Shown here: in pieces, positions 38,613 to 47,792 of the stretch
Position numbering within the stretch: the first letter of the stretch is position 1
Layout: each line of letters starts with the position of its first letter
Origin: Candidatus Levyibacteriota bacterium
GTDB lineage: Bacteria > Patescibacteriota > Microgenomatia > Levybacterales > UBA12049
NCBI GenBank assembly: GCA_003173895.1
Contig: PJMG01000006.1
Span: forward strand, 2,820 to 66,819
Length of the DNA stretch: 64,000 nt
Direction: 5' to 3'
Made by a program: the position numbers and the translations under genes
Notes under the pieces: model-generated
The model's input: the letters and a program-made list of their open reading frames with translations, nothing else
What the model was told of the DNA's origin: nothing
Databases searched by the model: none

Positions 38613-38966
38613 ATGCAAAATGCTAGAATAGTTAATATTTTTCTTCGCTTAAGTATTAGTAGTGTATTTTTTTATGCAGCTATCGCAGCGACTCTTCAAC
38701 CATATAATTGGGTTGGATATATTCCTACTCCATTAAGTACAATTGCGCCGACAAATATTTTACTTTTAGGATTTTCTTTATATCAATTAATTCTAGCTAT
38801 TTGGATTTTAAGTGGATGGAAAACTTTTTATTCTGCTCTATTTTCCAGTCTAACTTTAATAGCAATTATCGTAGCTAATTTTTCAGACATAGATATTTTA
38901 TTTCGTGACTTTGCTATCTTCTTTTCCTCAGTAGCTTTAGCTATCGGGTCATATAAGAAAAAATAA
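38613..38966 (+). CDS. small polytopic membrane protein (DoxX-like?)
   Basis: 3-4 TM helices; 8 nt after the cupredoxin gene. Confidence 0.45.
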   Translation: MQNARIVNIFLRLSISSVFFYAAIAATLQPYNWVGYIPTPLSTIAPTNILLLGFSLYQLILAIWILSGWKTFYSALFSSLTLIAIIVANFSDIDILFRDFAIFFSSVALAIGSYKKK

Positions 38967-38974
38967 AGTAACTT

Positions 38975-40000
38975 TTAATTATTCCTTTTAGGTTTACGTC
39001 TACCACCCCATTCATCATTTAAATCTTTACTAAAAGTATTTCTTTTTGGTAATAATTTCTTAGACAGAATATTTTCTCTATCTGGAATATAATCACTATT
39101 AATACTTAAACTTTTTAAAAAATTCCAATAGTCATTAGTTAATTCCTCAGGTTGAAGTTTTAAAGTAGAGTTGAAATATTCTTCGCTATTAGGGTCTGAT
39201 TTTTTTTTAAGTCTTATTAGAAAAGCTGGATATTCTTTTTCTTCTAGAACATATTCCACTTCTAAATTTTGTTTAACTCGATCATTTATCGTAATTAATT
39301 CTCTTAAGAAATCTAGTCTTTTTTTAATTTGCCTAAAAGATACCTCTGAATCATTATCTTTAAGCTTCATTGTTAAAAGCACCAATTCATCTATAAAACA
39401 AGCACTCCAAATTAAAGGATTTTCTGTCATTGCTTCATAATTTTCTATTAATTTTAGAATATAATTTAGATTTTGGGTGTCTAAAAATAAATCTGATATA
39501 TGAGTTCCTATGTGAAGAGTACCCCATATGCCTTCTTGAACTTTAAGTTCTATTATTATCCTATTGTGAGAATAATTATCTATAAAACCCTTATAAGGCT
39601 CTCTAAATGACGTCCTTATTCCTGGCAGAGAAGGTGGATTATTCTCCTGCCTTTCATTAAGTATCTCCAAAGCTAACAATCTCTTCCATAGATTTCTTTG
39701 ACGATCTCCTTTTAATCCAACGTTAGATAAAAGATCTATGGCCCTCGCTTGCACTATCCATCCTAATCTTCTGGTTCTTTCTAATTCTGTTTCTTCATCT
39801 ATTTTTATTGTTAAATCATCTACTTGTTCACTAAAATTTAGTAGTTTTTTTAATAGCTCTTTTTGGATATCTGGGTTTAATTCATTAGTGATTTCTTTTG
39901 TTTGTTCATATGTATGATACGTTATATATTGTAGATATGCTGGTCTGTTATCGCGAGAAACATTAATGTTGTTTAATTTTGGAAATGTATCTTCTATCAT
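38975..40000 (-). CDS. hypothetical protein (341 aa)
   Basis: Intact ORF; no recognisable domain. Confidence 0.5.
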   Translation of the reverse strand: MIEDTFPKLNNINVSRDNRPAYLQYITYHTYEQTKEITNELNPDIQKELLKKLLNFSEQVDDLTIKIDEETELERTRRLGWIVQARAIDLLSNVGLKGDRQRNLWKRLLALEILNERQENNPPSLPGIRTSFREPYKGFIDNYSHNRIIIELKVQEGIWGTLHIGTHISDLFLDTQNLNYILKLIENYEAMTENPLIWSACFIDELVLLTMKLKDNDSEVSFRQIKKRLDFLRELITINDRVKQNLEVEYVLEEKEYPAFLIRLKKKSDPNSEEYFNSTLKLQPEELTNDYWNFLKSLSINSDYIPDRENILSKKLLPKRNTFSKDLNDEWGGRRKPKRNN

Positions 40001-40115
40001 AGTTCCGTATTTTACTAAAACTTAAGTTCAATTACAATTTAACTTTTATATTAATTCTCTGTTAAAAAAAAGCCGAGTTTCCTCGACTTTTTTATTTTGA
40101 ATTTTGAAGAAATAT

Positions 40116-40670
40116 TTATTTTCCTTCAACCACTTTAGCCATTTTATCTAGAGATGTAGCCCAACCTTCTCTCATTCCACTCTTTATCATTCCTTCATAC
40201 ATCTGATCATTTTCTGCTGTGTAAATGATAGAAAGTTTAGTCTTTACTTGCCCTTTCGAAGCCATAGGCGAAGTAGGGCCATCTTCCTCAAAATCCTCAA
40301 ACTTTACTAGAACAGTCATTTCTTTTGGCATATCAGGACCTTGTCCTTCTTCTGTAGGATCTATCATGTTACCTTCAGAATCTGAGAAATAATCAGTCAC
40401 GACTAATTTTTCATTTGGAACTATTTCCTTATATATACCAGCACTATACATGTCTTTATCCCACTCTGATCCAGCAGGTCCATGCATAGCGTAAATGTAT
40501 TTACCACCGACTCTAAAATCAACTTTTACAGATGGTGCGTAAAATCCTTCTGGTCCCCACCACTCTTTTACCATTTCAGGATCTGTCCATGCTTTCCAAA
40601 CCATTTCTCTTGGTGCGTTAAAAATGCGTTCAATTATTATTTGTTTTTTCTCATCCATTTTATCTCTCAC
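40116..40670 (-). CDS. SRPBCC (AHSA1/Aha1-like) domain protein
   Basis: IIIERIFNAPREMVWKAWTDPEMVKEWWGPEGF...VDFRVGGKY matches the AHSA1 pattern; GGGGGTGA SD. Confidence 0.75.
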   Translation of the reverse strand: MRDKMDEKKQIIIERIFNAPREMVWKAWTDPEMVKEWWGPEGFYAPSVKVDFRVGGKYIYAMHGPAGSEWDKDMYSAGIYKEIVPNEKLVVTDYFSDSEGNMIDPTEEGQGPDMPKEMTVLVKFEDFEEDGPTSPMASKGQVKTKLSIIYTAENDQMYEGMIKSGMREGWATSLDKMAKVVEGK

Positions 40671-40682
40671 CCCCTCTCAAAC

Positions 40683-40727
40683 GTCATCCTGAGTTTCAAC
40701 GAAGGATCTATATTTTCAGAATGACAA
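40683..40727. repeat. compact family A element between the ArsR stop and the SRPBCC start: GTCATCCTGAG-tttcaac-GAAGGATC followed by solo end CAGAATGACAA
   Basis: Seen directly; operon-internal spacer. Confidence 0.65.
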
Positions 40728-41087
40728 TTATTTATCTCGTTTGGTTTTTTCTAACATTTTTTCTAATCTCTCTAATCTATCTTCCCAAAGGTTTCTATAT
40801 TTCTCAAGCCAAGCATCCAAATCTTTAAAAACTTTAGGTGAAAGATTATAAATTCTTTTATTTTTTATAGGTTTTACTTCTACTATTCCTGCATCTGCGA
40901 GAATTTTTAGATGTTTAGAAGTCTGTGGTTGGTTAAGTTTTAATTTTTCTGCTATTTGATTTACTGTGTATGGATTTTTACTAAGAAGTTCAACTATGTT
41001 TAATCTATTCGGCTCCCCAAGTGTATTAAATATAGCAGGATTAATGGTCATAATTAATATATACCATATTAGGAATATTCCTGTCAA
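40728..41087 (-). CDS. ArsR/SmtB-family transcriptional regulator (true start probably the internal Met 12 codons in)
   Basis: NRLNIVELLSKNPYTVNQIAEKLKLNQPQTSKHLKILADAGIVEV is the ArsR HTH. Confidence 0.8.
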   Translation of the reverse strand: MTGIFLIWYILIMTINPAIFNTLGEPNRLNIVELLSKNPYTVNQIAEKLKLNQPQTSKHLKILADAGIVEVKPIKNKRIYNLSPKVFKDLDAWLEKYRNLWEDRLERLEKMLEKTKRDK

Positions 41088-41093
41088 GGAATA

Positions 41094-41957
41094 TTATCGT
41101 TTGTTTTGAGATTTTTGTAGTATTAAACGAAGAATTAATCCTGAAATATATAAAAAAGCTTCTGTGTCTTCAATGCTTGGAATAAAATTATCGTTATTAC
41201 CAGCATGCCTTCCAAATTCTTTACTAAGTTCTTTATATGAGTTAAATATTTTTTTCCACTCTTTATCTAAACCTAAAGTATCTACTAATTGATTAAAATT
41301 ATTGTCAAAAGATCCCTTAAAAGAATTTAAGTATTCCTGAGTAAGCTTCTCTACTGATTGAAAAGCATTACTAATAGTATCCTTTCTTTTAATTGCGTTT
41401 TGTAGAGACTGAGAATAGTTATCTAAAGCATTCTTATATAGAATTTGAATTTTTTTATTATTCTCTAACCATTTTAAAACATCTTCAATTAATTTTTCAT
41501 CAAATTCTTCTACTCCCTCTGGATAGAATTTCCCATTTCTCCATGTCACACCTAATGATAGTGGTTGATTTAAAGCTAATTGAATAACAGATTCAATATT
41601 TTGAAGCCAACTACCTTTTTCATATTCATTTGAATTATAGAAATAATCGTAAATAACTTCAATTAAAAGTAATGTGTTTTCAAAATTACCTTCTGTAAAA
41701 ATAGCATATGAAGGCATATAAATCTCAAAATTATAAGAACCCCTATTTTTATTTCTAATAATTTCAGTTGGATTATAGTTAAATTCTATAGCAATAAAAT
41801 CAAACATGTTTTTACTATACTCTGTATAATATGGACCATCTTTTTTATCTAAAGGTTCTATTAAGTAATGTTGTACAATATTTATAAAATTAATTTTAAG
41901 TTCTTTTATATTAATTTCTTGACCAAATCTTTTTTTAAAATCAAAAATTTTTCTCAT
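41094..41957 (-). CDS. hypothetical protein (287 aa)
   Basis: Intact ORF; no domain recognised. Confidence 0.5.
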   Translation of the reverse strand: MRKIFDFKKRFGQEINIKELKINFINIVQHYLIEPLDKKDGPYYTEYSKNMFDFIAIEFNYNPTEIIRNKNRGSYNFEIYMPSYAIFTEGNFENTLLLIEVIYDYFYNSNEYEKGSWLQNIESVIQLALNQPLSLGVTWRNGKFYPEGVEEFDEKLIEDVLKWLENNKKIQILYKNALDNYSQSLQNAIKRKDTISNAFQSVEKLTQEYLNSFKGSFDNNFNQLVDTLGLDKEWKKIFNSYKELSKEFGRHAGNNDNFIPSIEDTEAFLYISGLILRLILQKSQNKR

Positions 41958-42042
41958 AGCAAAAGTATTATAATCTTAAATTAAGATATTATCATTATTA
42001 AAAAACTGCCAGCAAAGCCAGCAGTTTTAATATTAAGAACGA

Positions 42043-42117
42043 GATCCTTCGACTCCTTAGGTTTCACTCAGGATAAGTTCGCTCGGGATGACAATTTTGA
42101 ACAAGACAGAATGACAA
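42043..42117. repeat. family A-derived composite (gatccttcg..ctcaggat, cgctcgggatgacaa, cagaatgacaa) between two same-strand genes
   Basis: Three blocks matching family A ends, seen directly. Confidence 0.6.
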
Positions 42118-42118
42118 T

Positions 42119-42463
42119 TTATTGTTTAATCATTCCATTCATATCCCACATTTCATGAACATCGATTTCTCCACCTGGTCTATCTAAATGTGGATTATCT
42201 TTTAAGAGATTAACTGCAGTATCAATATCTTCTGCTTGGACGATATCATAGGCCACTAGTGATGCATCTCCTGGCATAACATCACTTTTAGTTAATTTCA
42301 TCGCGTGTGTCACAGGACTTCCTTTATCCACTACAGCATCCCCTACCTTAGCGAACCAATCCATCCATGGCTTCATACCAGCTTGCATTTGTTCTGGTGT
42401 AGCACTTTGCATTTTTTCTCGCTCTTCAGCTGTGGCAAAAAATAAAACTAAAAATTTTTTCAT
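42119..42463 (-). CDS. small conserved-looking protein, possibly dimeric alpha/beta-barrel (YciI/Dabb-like); tentative
   Basis: Size and hydrophobicity pattern only. Confidence 0.4.
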   Translation of the reverse strand: MKKFLVLFFATAEEREKMQSATPEQMQAGMKPWMDWFAKVGDAVVDKGSPVTHAMKLTKSDVMPGDASLVAYDIVQAEDIDTAVNLLKDNPHLDRPGGEIDVHEMWDMNGMIKQ

Positions 42464-42545
42464 ATATAATCACCTCGAATTCCTAGATTAAAATCTATAA
42501 ATAATGAGATGCCGAATATTTTTTAGAATATTAGGCGCCTTCACT

Positions 42546-42956
42546 TTACCCTTGAGGTTTATCTGCTTGGAAACCCCAATTAAATCCATATTTATCAGTT
42601 ACCCCACCATAGAAACCAAAAAAAGTTTCTTGAAAAGGTTGAGTTATCTTTCCACCTTCGGATAATTTATTAAAGAATCCTTCTATCTCTTCTTTGGTTC
42701 CGCCACTTAAAGTAAGGGTTACATTAGTTCCCATTTGAACACTATCACCCATCATGATATCTGATGCCATAAGAACTAATCCGTTAGCTTTAAGCTCTGA
42801 GTGCATAACCCAATTTTCTTTGCCTGGCATTTGAGCCGCCATAGGAGAATCACCGACTAAAGAAATATTTAATTCTCCACCTAAGGCGGATTTATAAAAT
42901 TCCATCGCTTCTTTACAATTTCCATTAAATGAAAGATATGGAGTAAGTATCGTCAT
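42546..42956 (-). CDS. VOC/glyoxalase-family protein, PhnB-like
   Basis: MTILTPYLSFNGNCKEAMEFYKSALGGEL matches the PhnB/3-demethylubiquinone-9 3-methyltransferase-like N-terminus. Confidence 0.75.
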   Translation of the reverse strand: MTILTPYLSFNGNCKEAMEFYKSALGGELNISLVGDSPMAAQMPGKENWVMHSELKANGLVLMASDIMMGDSVQMGTNVTLTLSGGTKEEIEGFFNKLSEGGKITQPFQETFFGFYGGVTDKYGFNWGFQADKPQG

Positions 42957-43003
42957 AATTATTCACCTCCCTTCAAAAAAAGATTAAAAATAAATTCTAA
43001 TAA

Positions 43004-43366
43004 TTATTTCTCGCCTTCCCATGGAGTCATAAGTTGGAAATAGTTTCCGTCTGGATCTGCAAAAGTAGCTATCCACATTTTTTCTAGTTCATAAGGCTCT
43101 TTAATGACTGTAGCACCAATATTTTTTATTCTTTCAAATTCCTCCTTAACTTCTTTAGTTTCAAAATTAAATATTAAACGCTGAGGTTCTTTAGCTTTAT
43201 CTTTCACTTCTGAATGAGCACCAACGCTAAAAAAAACACTTCCTACTGACCAACCATGCCAGTCACCTTCTGCCATGTCTGCTGGCTTACCAAAAACTTT
43301 TTCATAAAAATCAGCTAAGACTTGTGGTTGAGAAGATCCAACCATGATGGAATTTAAATTTAACAT
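43004..43366 (-). CDS. VOC/glyoxalase-family protein
   Basis: Two beta-alpha-beta-beta-beta half-sites; FADPDGNYFQL C-terminal motif. Confidence 0.6.
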   Translation of the reverse strand: MLNLNSIMVGSSQPQVLADFYEKVFGKPADMAEGDWHGWSVGSVFFSVGAHSEVKDKAKEPQRLIFNFETKEVKEEFERIKNIGATVIKEPYELEKMWIATFADPDGNYFQLMTPWEGEK

Positions 43367-43379
43367 AACTAAAACTACT

Positions 43380-43802
43380 TTATAATAAACTAAAAACTAT
43401 CCCCATTACAAGAAGTAAAATTAGGTAATATCCAGCATTTATTAACCAGAGTCTAAAAGATTTATTACCGGCTAAAACTTCATTTAATGTAACTGGTGCT
43501 ATAAATCCTAACCAATTTACAAATCCCACCATAAGTCCCGCTGAGATACCATAAATTTTTAAATATACTGAAGCAAAAATAAGAGCATGATCTAAAATAA
43601 ATGCCATCAAGAGTGCTCCTATAAACATAAGAGTATACATTCTAGCCATCACAGATCCTGAAGCTTTAGAATTATCTGATTTTAGACTAGATAATTTAAT
43701 CCATTTTTTTCCAAAAAGAGGTCCATACCAGAGGAAACCTAAAACCATACTTAAAATAGCATTTATAAGAACTCCTAAATAATCTACAGGGACCATTACC
43801 AT
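43380..43802 (-). CDS. small integral membrane protein (4 TM)
   Basis: Hydrophobicity only. Confidence 0.5.
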   Translation of the reverse strand: MVMVPVDYLGVLINAILSMVLGFLWYGPLFGKKWIKLSSLKSDNSKASGSVMARMYTLMFIGALLMAFILDHALIFASVYLKIYGISAGLMVGFVNWLGFIAPVTLNEVLAGNKSFRLWLINAGYYLILLLVMGIVFSLL

Positions 43803-43823
43803 AATTTAAATGTATAAATATTT

Positions 43824-44414
43824 TTAGACCTTGTCAATATTTGATTTGTAGTATAAAAGTATATTTCCATTTTTAAACTCGCGAGTTTTAGTAAGTTTTA
43901 AATTTAATTTTTCCTCTAATCCTTCAAATAATTTCGCTCCTTTATTAATAACTACCGGATTTATCATAATTCTAAATTCATCGATTAAGCCTAGTTTAGT
44001 TAAGGAAACTAATAATTTATTACTCCCTAAAATTGCTATGGATTTACCTTCTGTATTTTTTAGTTTTTTAATTTCTTCTTTTACATTTTCAGAAATTAGT
44101 TTCACATTTTTCCAATTTTCTGTTTCCGTTACATGACCTAGTGTACTTGAAACTACTACTTTAGGAAAAGTATTCATTAAGTGTGCAACTATGGCATCAT
44201 TAGGATCTGCAGACTCATTAGGTTGATAAGTAGGCCAAAAAGATTCCATCAGCTGATACGTGATCTTACCAAATAAAATAGTGTCTGCTTCCTTCATTTG
44301 GTCCGCAGCAAATTCGTTAAATTCAGCGTCCACATTATGCCAAGATAAATCATGATCCACTCCTTCAAAAAATCCATCTAAAGAGATCATCATGAATAAA
44401 AATATTTTCCTCAT
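43824..44414 (-). CDS. dihydrofolate-reductase-like (RibD C-terminal domain) family protein; the ORF extends to 44492 but likely starts at MRKIFLFMM
   Basis: IFLFMMISLDGFFEGVDHDLSWH matches the RibD_C N-terminus. Confidence 0.7.
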   Translation of the reverse strand: MRKIFLFMMISLDGFFEGVDHDLSWHNVDAEFNEFAADQMKEADTILFGKITYQLMESFWPTYQPNESADPNDAIVAHLMNTFPKVVVSSTLGHVTETENWKNVKLISENVKEEIKKLKNTEGKSIAILGSNKLLVSLTKLGLIDEFRIMINPVVINKGAKLFEGLEEKLNLKLTKTREFKNGNILLYYKSNIDKV

Positions 44415-44577
44415 AAAACTAATATAGCAAAATATAAATGTCTTTGCGAACAAGTTTCTAAACTGGTGAAGCAATCTTATCGAGATCGCCACGTCGTAAA
44501 CTCCTCGCGAAGACGTAATAAATCTTTCAATTTTTAACTATTGCTACTTGAATACTTTAGGCCTATAATCGCTTATT

Positions 44578-44796
44578 ATGGATCCAGAAACCTTTGCTCA
44601 AATTCTGACAACAATTACAGAAGTTGATGAACCTCCATTCGCAGAGACTAATGTACGAAGAGCGTTACGAATATTACAAATTAGAACTGCTTGGTTAGAA
44701 TTTATGGCTAATATTTTTAATAGATTTGATAGTTTTAATCAAATTCAAACTCCTAATCTTTTTATGCAACTCCCTCCTCCCGAAGAACCAAAGTAA
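44578..44796 (+). CDS. small hypothetical protein (72 aa)
   Basis: ORF only; composition unlike the AT-biased local proteins. Confidence 0.3.
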   Translation: MDPETFAQILTTITEVDEPPFAETNVRRALRILQIRTAWLEFMANIFNRFDSFNQIQTPNLFMQLPPPEEPK

Positions 44797-44837
44797 ATTA
44801 ACTTGACTCTAATTTTATCGATTGTTATATTTAAACT

Positions 44838-45263
44838 ATGGCAGAAGAAGAATATTTAAGCTCCCCTCATCCCCTAGCGGATTTTATGGCTTCAAATATC
44901 ATGAATAAAATGAGACAAAGAGTCTCTACTCCAGAGGGGCAATCTTACACTCTAAATTATGCAGTTTACGATGCTTTAGATCATGCCGTTTGGGCAACTG
45001 ATTCTAAACGTTTTGCTGGAGATCTTATAGAAGAATTAAAGTTAACACCAGATCAAATAACTCAGGGTGGACTTACTTTAAGACTAGAGGATTTTAAGAG
45101 TTGGAAAGATTATTATAGAGAAATGAGTTTTATTATTTTATCTCATCATATAATAACAAATGCTAATCCAGCTGATAAAGCTCTTATTGAAGAAAGATTT
45201 AAGAAAGAATGGGAAATAATGCGCGGTAATTTTCCACTAGACCCTAGAAGAACTTCTAAATAA
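44838..45263 (+). CDS. hypothetical protein (141 aa)
   Basis: Intact ORF; no domain. Confidence 0.45.
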   Translation: MAEEEYLSSPHPLADFMASNIMNKMRQRVSTPEGQSYTLNYAVYDALDHAVWATDSKRFAGDLIEELKLTPDQITQGGLTLRLEDFKSWKDYYREMSFIILSHHIITNANPADKALIEERFKKEWEIMRGNFPLDPRRTSK

Positions 45264-45282
45264 ATATTTATTAATTTGGATC

Positions 45283-45873
45283 TTATTTTAGTATTAATAA
45301 AACAAGGGCTAATACTGCCATACCAAAATCTTCCATTAAAGTAACATAAGTTAGTGGAACTTTTAAAAATGTACCTAAACATGCACATGTAAATTTTTCA
45401 TGTTTTAGAAGTTTTATTAAAACCCCTACTCCGCTAAATATCATGATAATTATTTCCAAAAATAATATTAATTTAATTTGAAAGTTTAATATCATAGTTA
45501 GTGCGAAAAATAATTCGATAAAAGGATATATATAACCATAAGAGTAGATTTTTTGAGCTAAGAGATCATAGGTAGAATAACCTTCAGCAAAACCTGCTAG
45601 ATCTATAAGTTTAAACCCTGAGAAAACTAAGAAAAACCCTATCATAAATGTAGAAATAAAATATTTTAAAGAAAATCCCGCAGCATAAGAAATAGTTAAA
45701 GAAGTCAAAGTAATTAAAGAAATAATTATAATTAAAGGCTTATAATTTTTATTTTTATTTTGTTTTTTACTAGATAAGGACTCTTTCAAAACTAACTTCA
45801 TACCACATTTAGGACACTTACCCGGATTTTTGCTTTCAATTTCCGGATGCATAGGGCATGTATAAATAGGCAT
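45283..45873 (-). CDS. heavy-metal-binding domain (YTCPMHPE...CPKCGM) fused to a DoxX/MauE-like membrane domain
   Basis: N-terminal MPIYTCPMHPEIESKNPGKCPKCGMKL as found at CopA-type ATPase N-termini; 4 TM helices follow. Confidence 0.55.
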   Translation of the reverse strand: MPIYTCPMHPEIESKNPGKCPKCGMKLVLKESLSSKKQNKNKNYKPLIIIISLITLTSLTISYAAGFSLKYFISTFMIGFFLVFSGFKLIDLAGFAEGYSTYDLLAQKIYSYGYIYPFIELFFALTMILNFQIKLILFLEIIIMIFSGVGVLIKLLKHEKFTCACLGTFLKVPLTYVTLMEDFGMAVLALVLLILK

Positions 45874-45942
45874 AATATTATCATAACATATGAGTCAAAC
45901 TAGATATTTACAATCTATAAAATTTTCTGCGATACTAATTCT

Positions 45943-46536
45943 ATGCACAGAAGAAAATTAAATACTTCTTCAAACACTTTTCTAAAACCTTTTTGGATTA
46001 CTTTAGGCGTTATTATTCTTTTAATTATTTTTTTTATCTTAGGATATCATTTTAGTCGGAAACCATCTTCTACTTCATCTCAAATGTTTGCTGCGCCAAC
46101 TAACACTTATTTATTTGATATAGGAAATAAAAAAATTACGCTAAATAACCATTTATTAGCTTTTAAAAATAGTTCATATAAAGCCAGTCATGGATCTGAA
46201 GTAGCTACTATAACTAACTTAACTATTAATCCCTCAGGAACTAGAGCTACAGCTATATTAATAGATAGCCCTGGAGGAACAGGAACATTTTATTATCTAA
46301 TAGGTGGAGTGTTAAAAAATGGTCAGGAAATATATTCTAAGCCTGTGCTTTTAGGAGATAGAATTAAAATAAAATCACTAAGTGTATATGAACCACAGGC
46401 TCATGATAATGGAATAATTACTGTTCAATATTTAGACAGACCAGCGAGTGCACCTATGCTAACTATGCCTACAATACAAATATTAAAACAATTTGCCTTT
46501 GAGGACAATGGAAATTTAATAGAAGTACTTCATTAA
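45943..46536 (+). CDS. membrane-anchored hypothetical protein (197 aa)
   Basis: N-terminal TM helix; directly precedes the efflux operon. Confidence 0.45.
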   Translation: MHRRKLNTSSNTFLKPFWITLGVIILLIIFFILGYHFSRKPSSTSSQMFAAPTNTYLFDIGNKKITLNNHLLAFKNSSYKASHGSEVATITNLTINPSGTRATAILIDSPGGTGTFYYLIGGVLKNGQEIYSKPVLLGDRIKIKSLSVYEPQAHDNGIITVQYLDRPASAPMLTMPTIQILKQFAFEDNGNLIEVLH

Positions 46537-46541
46537 ATACT

Positions 46542-47711
46542 ATGATGGGTGAAATTATAGAAAGAATCAAAAAGTATAAAATAATTATAATCGTTCTTAT
46601 CATTTTAGTATTAGTAATTATCTTTAATTTACTTCTAAATTCGTCTTCTACCAATACTATTTACACAGTTAAGCGAGAAAATTTAGTAAATACAGTACTC
46701 ATAAATGGCACTTACACTATAGCTTCTCAAACTTCTGTAAACTCTCCCACTAATGGCGTTATTACTAAATTATATGTTAAAAATGGAACTGAAGTTAAAA
46801 AAGGCGATCCACTTTTTTATGTAAATAGCAGCGCCACTGCGGATCAAATAAAAACAGCCTATGCTAACTATTTAGCAGCAAATAGTCAACTACAAGCAGA
46901 TAATGCTATGTTATATTCTTTACAATCTACTATGTATTCTGCATGGCAGGCCTACATTAATCAAGCTACTAATGCTACTTATCAGAACAATGATGGTAGT
47001 CCTAATAGTACTAACAGGATACAGACTACTTTTACTGTTCCACAGTCTGCATGGTTAGCTGCTGAGGCGAACTACAAAAACCAACAGGTTGTGATTAATA
47101 AAGATCAAGCTGCTCTTTCAAGTGCTTTACAAGCATATAACGAAACTCAAAGTGTAACTGTTACTGCTCCTGCTGCAGGCCAAATAGTTAATTTATCAGC
47201 TGCTCTTAATGATCAAGTATCTGCAGTTTCTTCACAAACTTCTCCTTCAAACAATACTACAATTTCCCCAGTTTTAATAATTGCTGATTTTAGTAATCCA
47301 GTTATAATTTCCTCTGTCGATCAAGTTAATATTCCGCGTCTTAAAATAGGTCAAAAAGCTAGCATAGTTTTTGATGCTTTACCTAATCAAACTTTTACAG
47401 GATCAGTTTCAAGTATTGATACTGCTGGTACTAAAGTACAAGGAACTGTAGATTTTAATGTAAATATTACAGTTAATAATGTCACTTCAATGATTCGACC
47501 TAATATGACTACCTCGGTGACTATAGAGACCGGTCGAGCTGATAATGTTTTAACTATTCCTAATGATGCTATTATTTCTAAAAATGGGAAAACTTATGTG
47601 GAGCTAGAAAATAAAAATCTTTCAGAAGTTACACTCGGGCTTAAAGGACTTACTAAAACAGAAGTTATTAATGGATTATCATCAGGAGATAGAATCATTG
47701 AACAACAATAA
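46542..47711 (+). CDS. HlyD/MacA-type periplasmic adaptor subunit
   Basis: Signal anchor, biotinyl/lipoyl-like hairpin (VKKGDPLFYV ... APAAGQIV), coiled-coil middle, beta-barrel C-terminus. Confidence 0.75.
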   Translation: MMGEIIERIKKYKIIIIVLIILVLVIIFNLLLNSSSTNTIYTVKRENLVNTVLINGTYTIASQTSVNSPTNGVITKLYVKNGTEVKKGDPLFYVNSSATADQIKTAYANYLAANSQLQADNAMLYSLQSTMYSAWQAYINQATNATYQNNDGSPNSTNRIQTTFTVPQSAWLAAEANYKNQQVVINKDQAALSSALQAYNETQSVTVTAPAAGQIVNLSAALNDQVSAVSSQTSPSNNTTISPVLIIADFSNPVIISSVDQVNIPRLKIGQKASIVFDALPNQTFTGSVSSIDTAGTKVQGTVDFNVNITVNNVTSMIRPNMTTSVTIETGRADNVLTIPNDAIISKNGKTYVELENKNLSEVTLGLKGLTKTEVINGLSSGDRIIEQQ

Positions 47712-47792
47712 GATTAGTTAACAGTGATTTCTGAAATGAATAAAAAAACACATTCTGCGAACTTAAAAAGAGAAATATAAAATTAATAATTT

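Noticed and set aside
42001-42035. Terminator-like sequence AAAAACTGCCAGCAAAGCCAGCAGTTTTAA
   Set aside because: It is mostly a direct repeat (GCCAGCA x2) with only a 5-bp potential stem. It is not a convincing hairpin.
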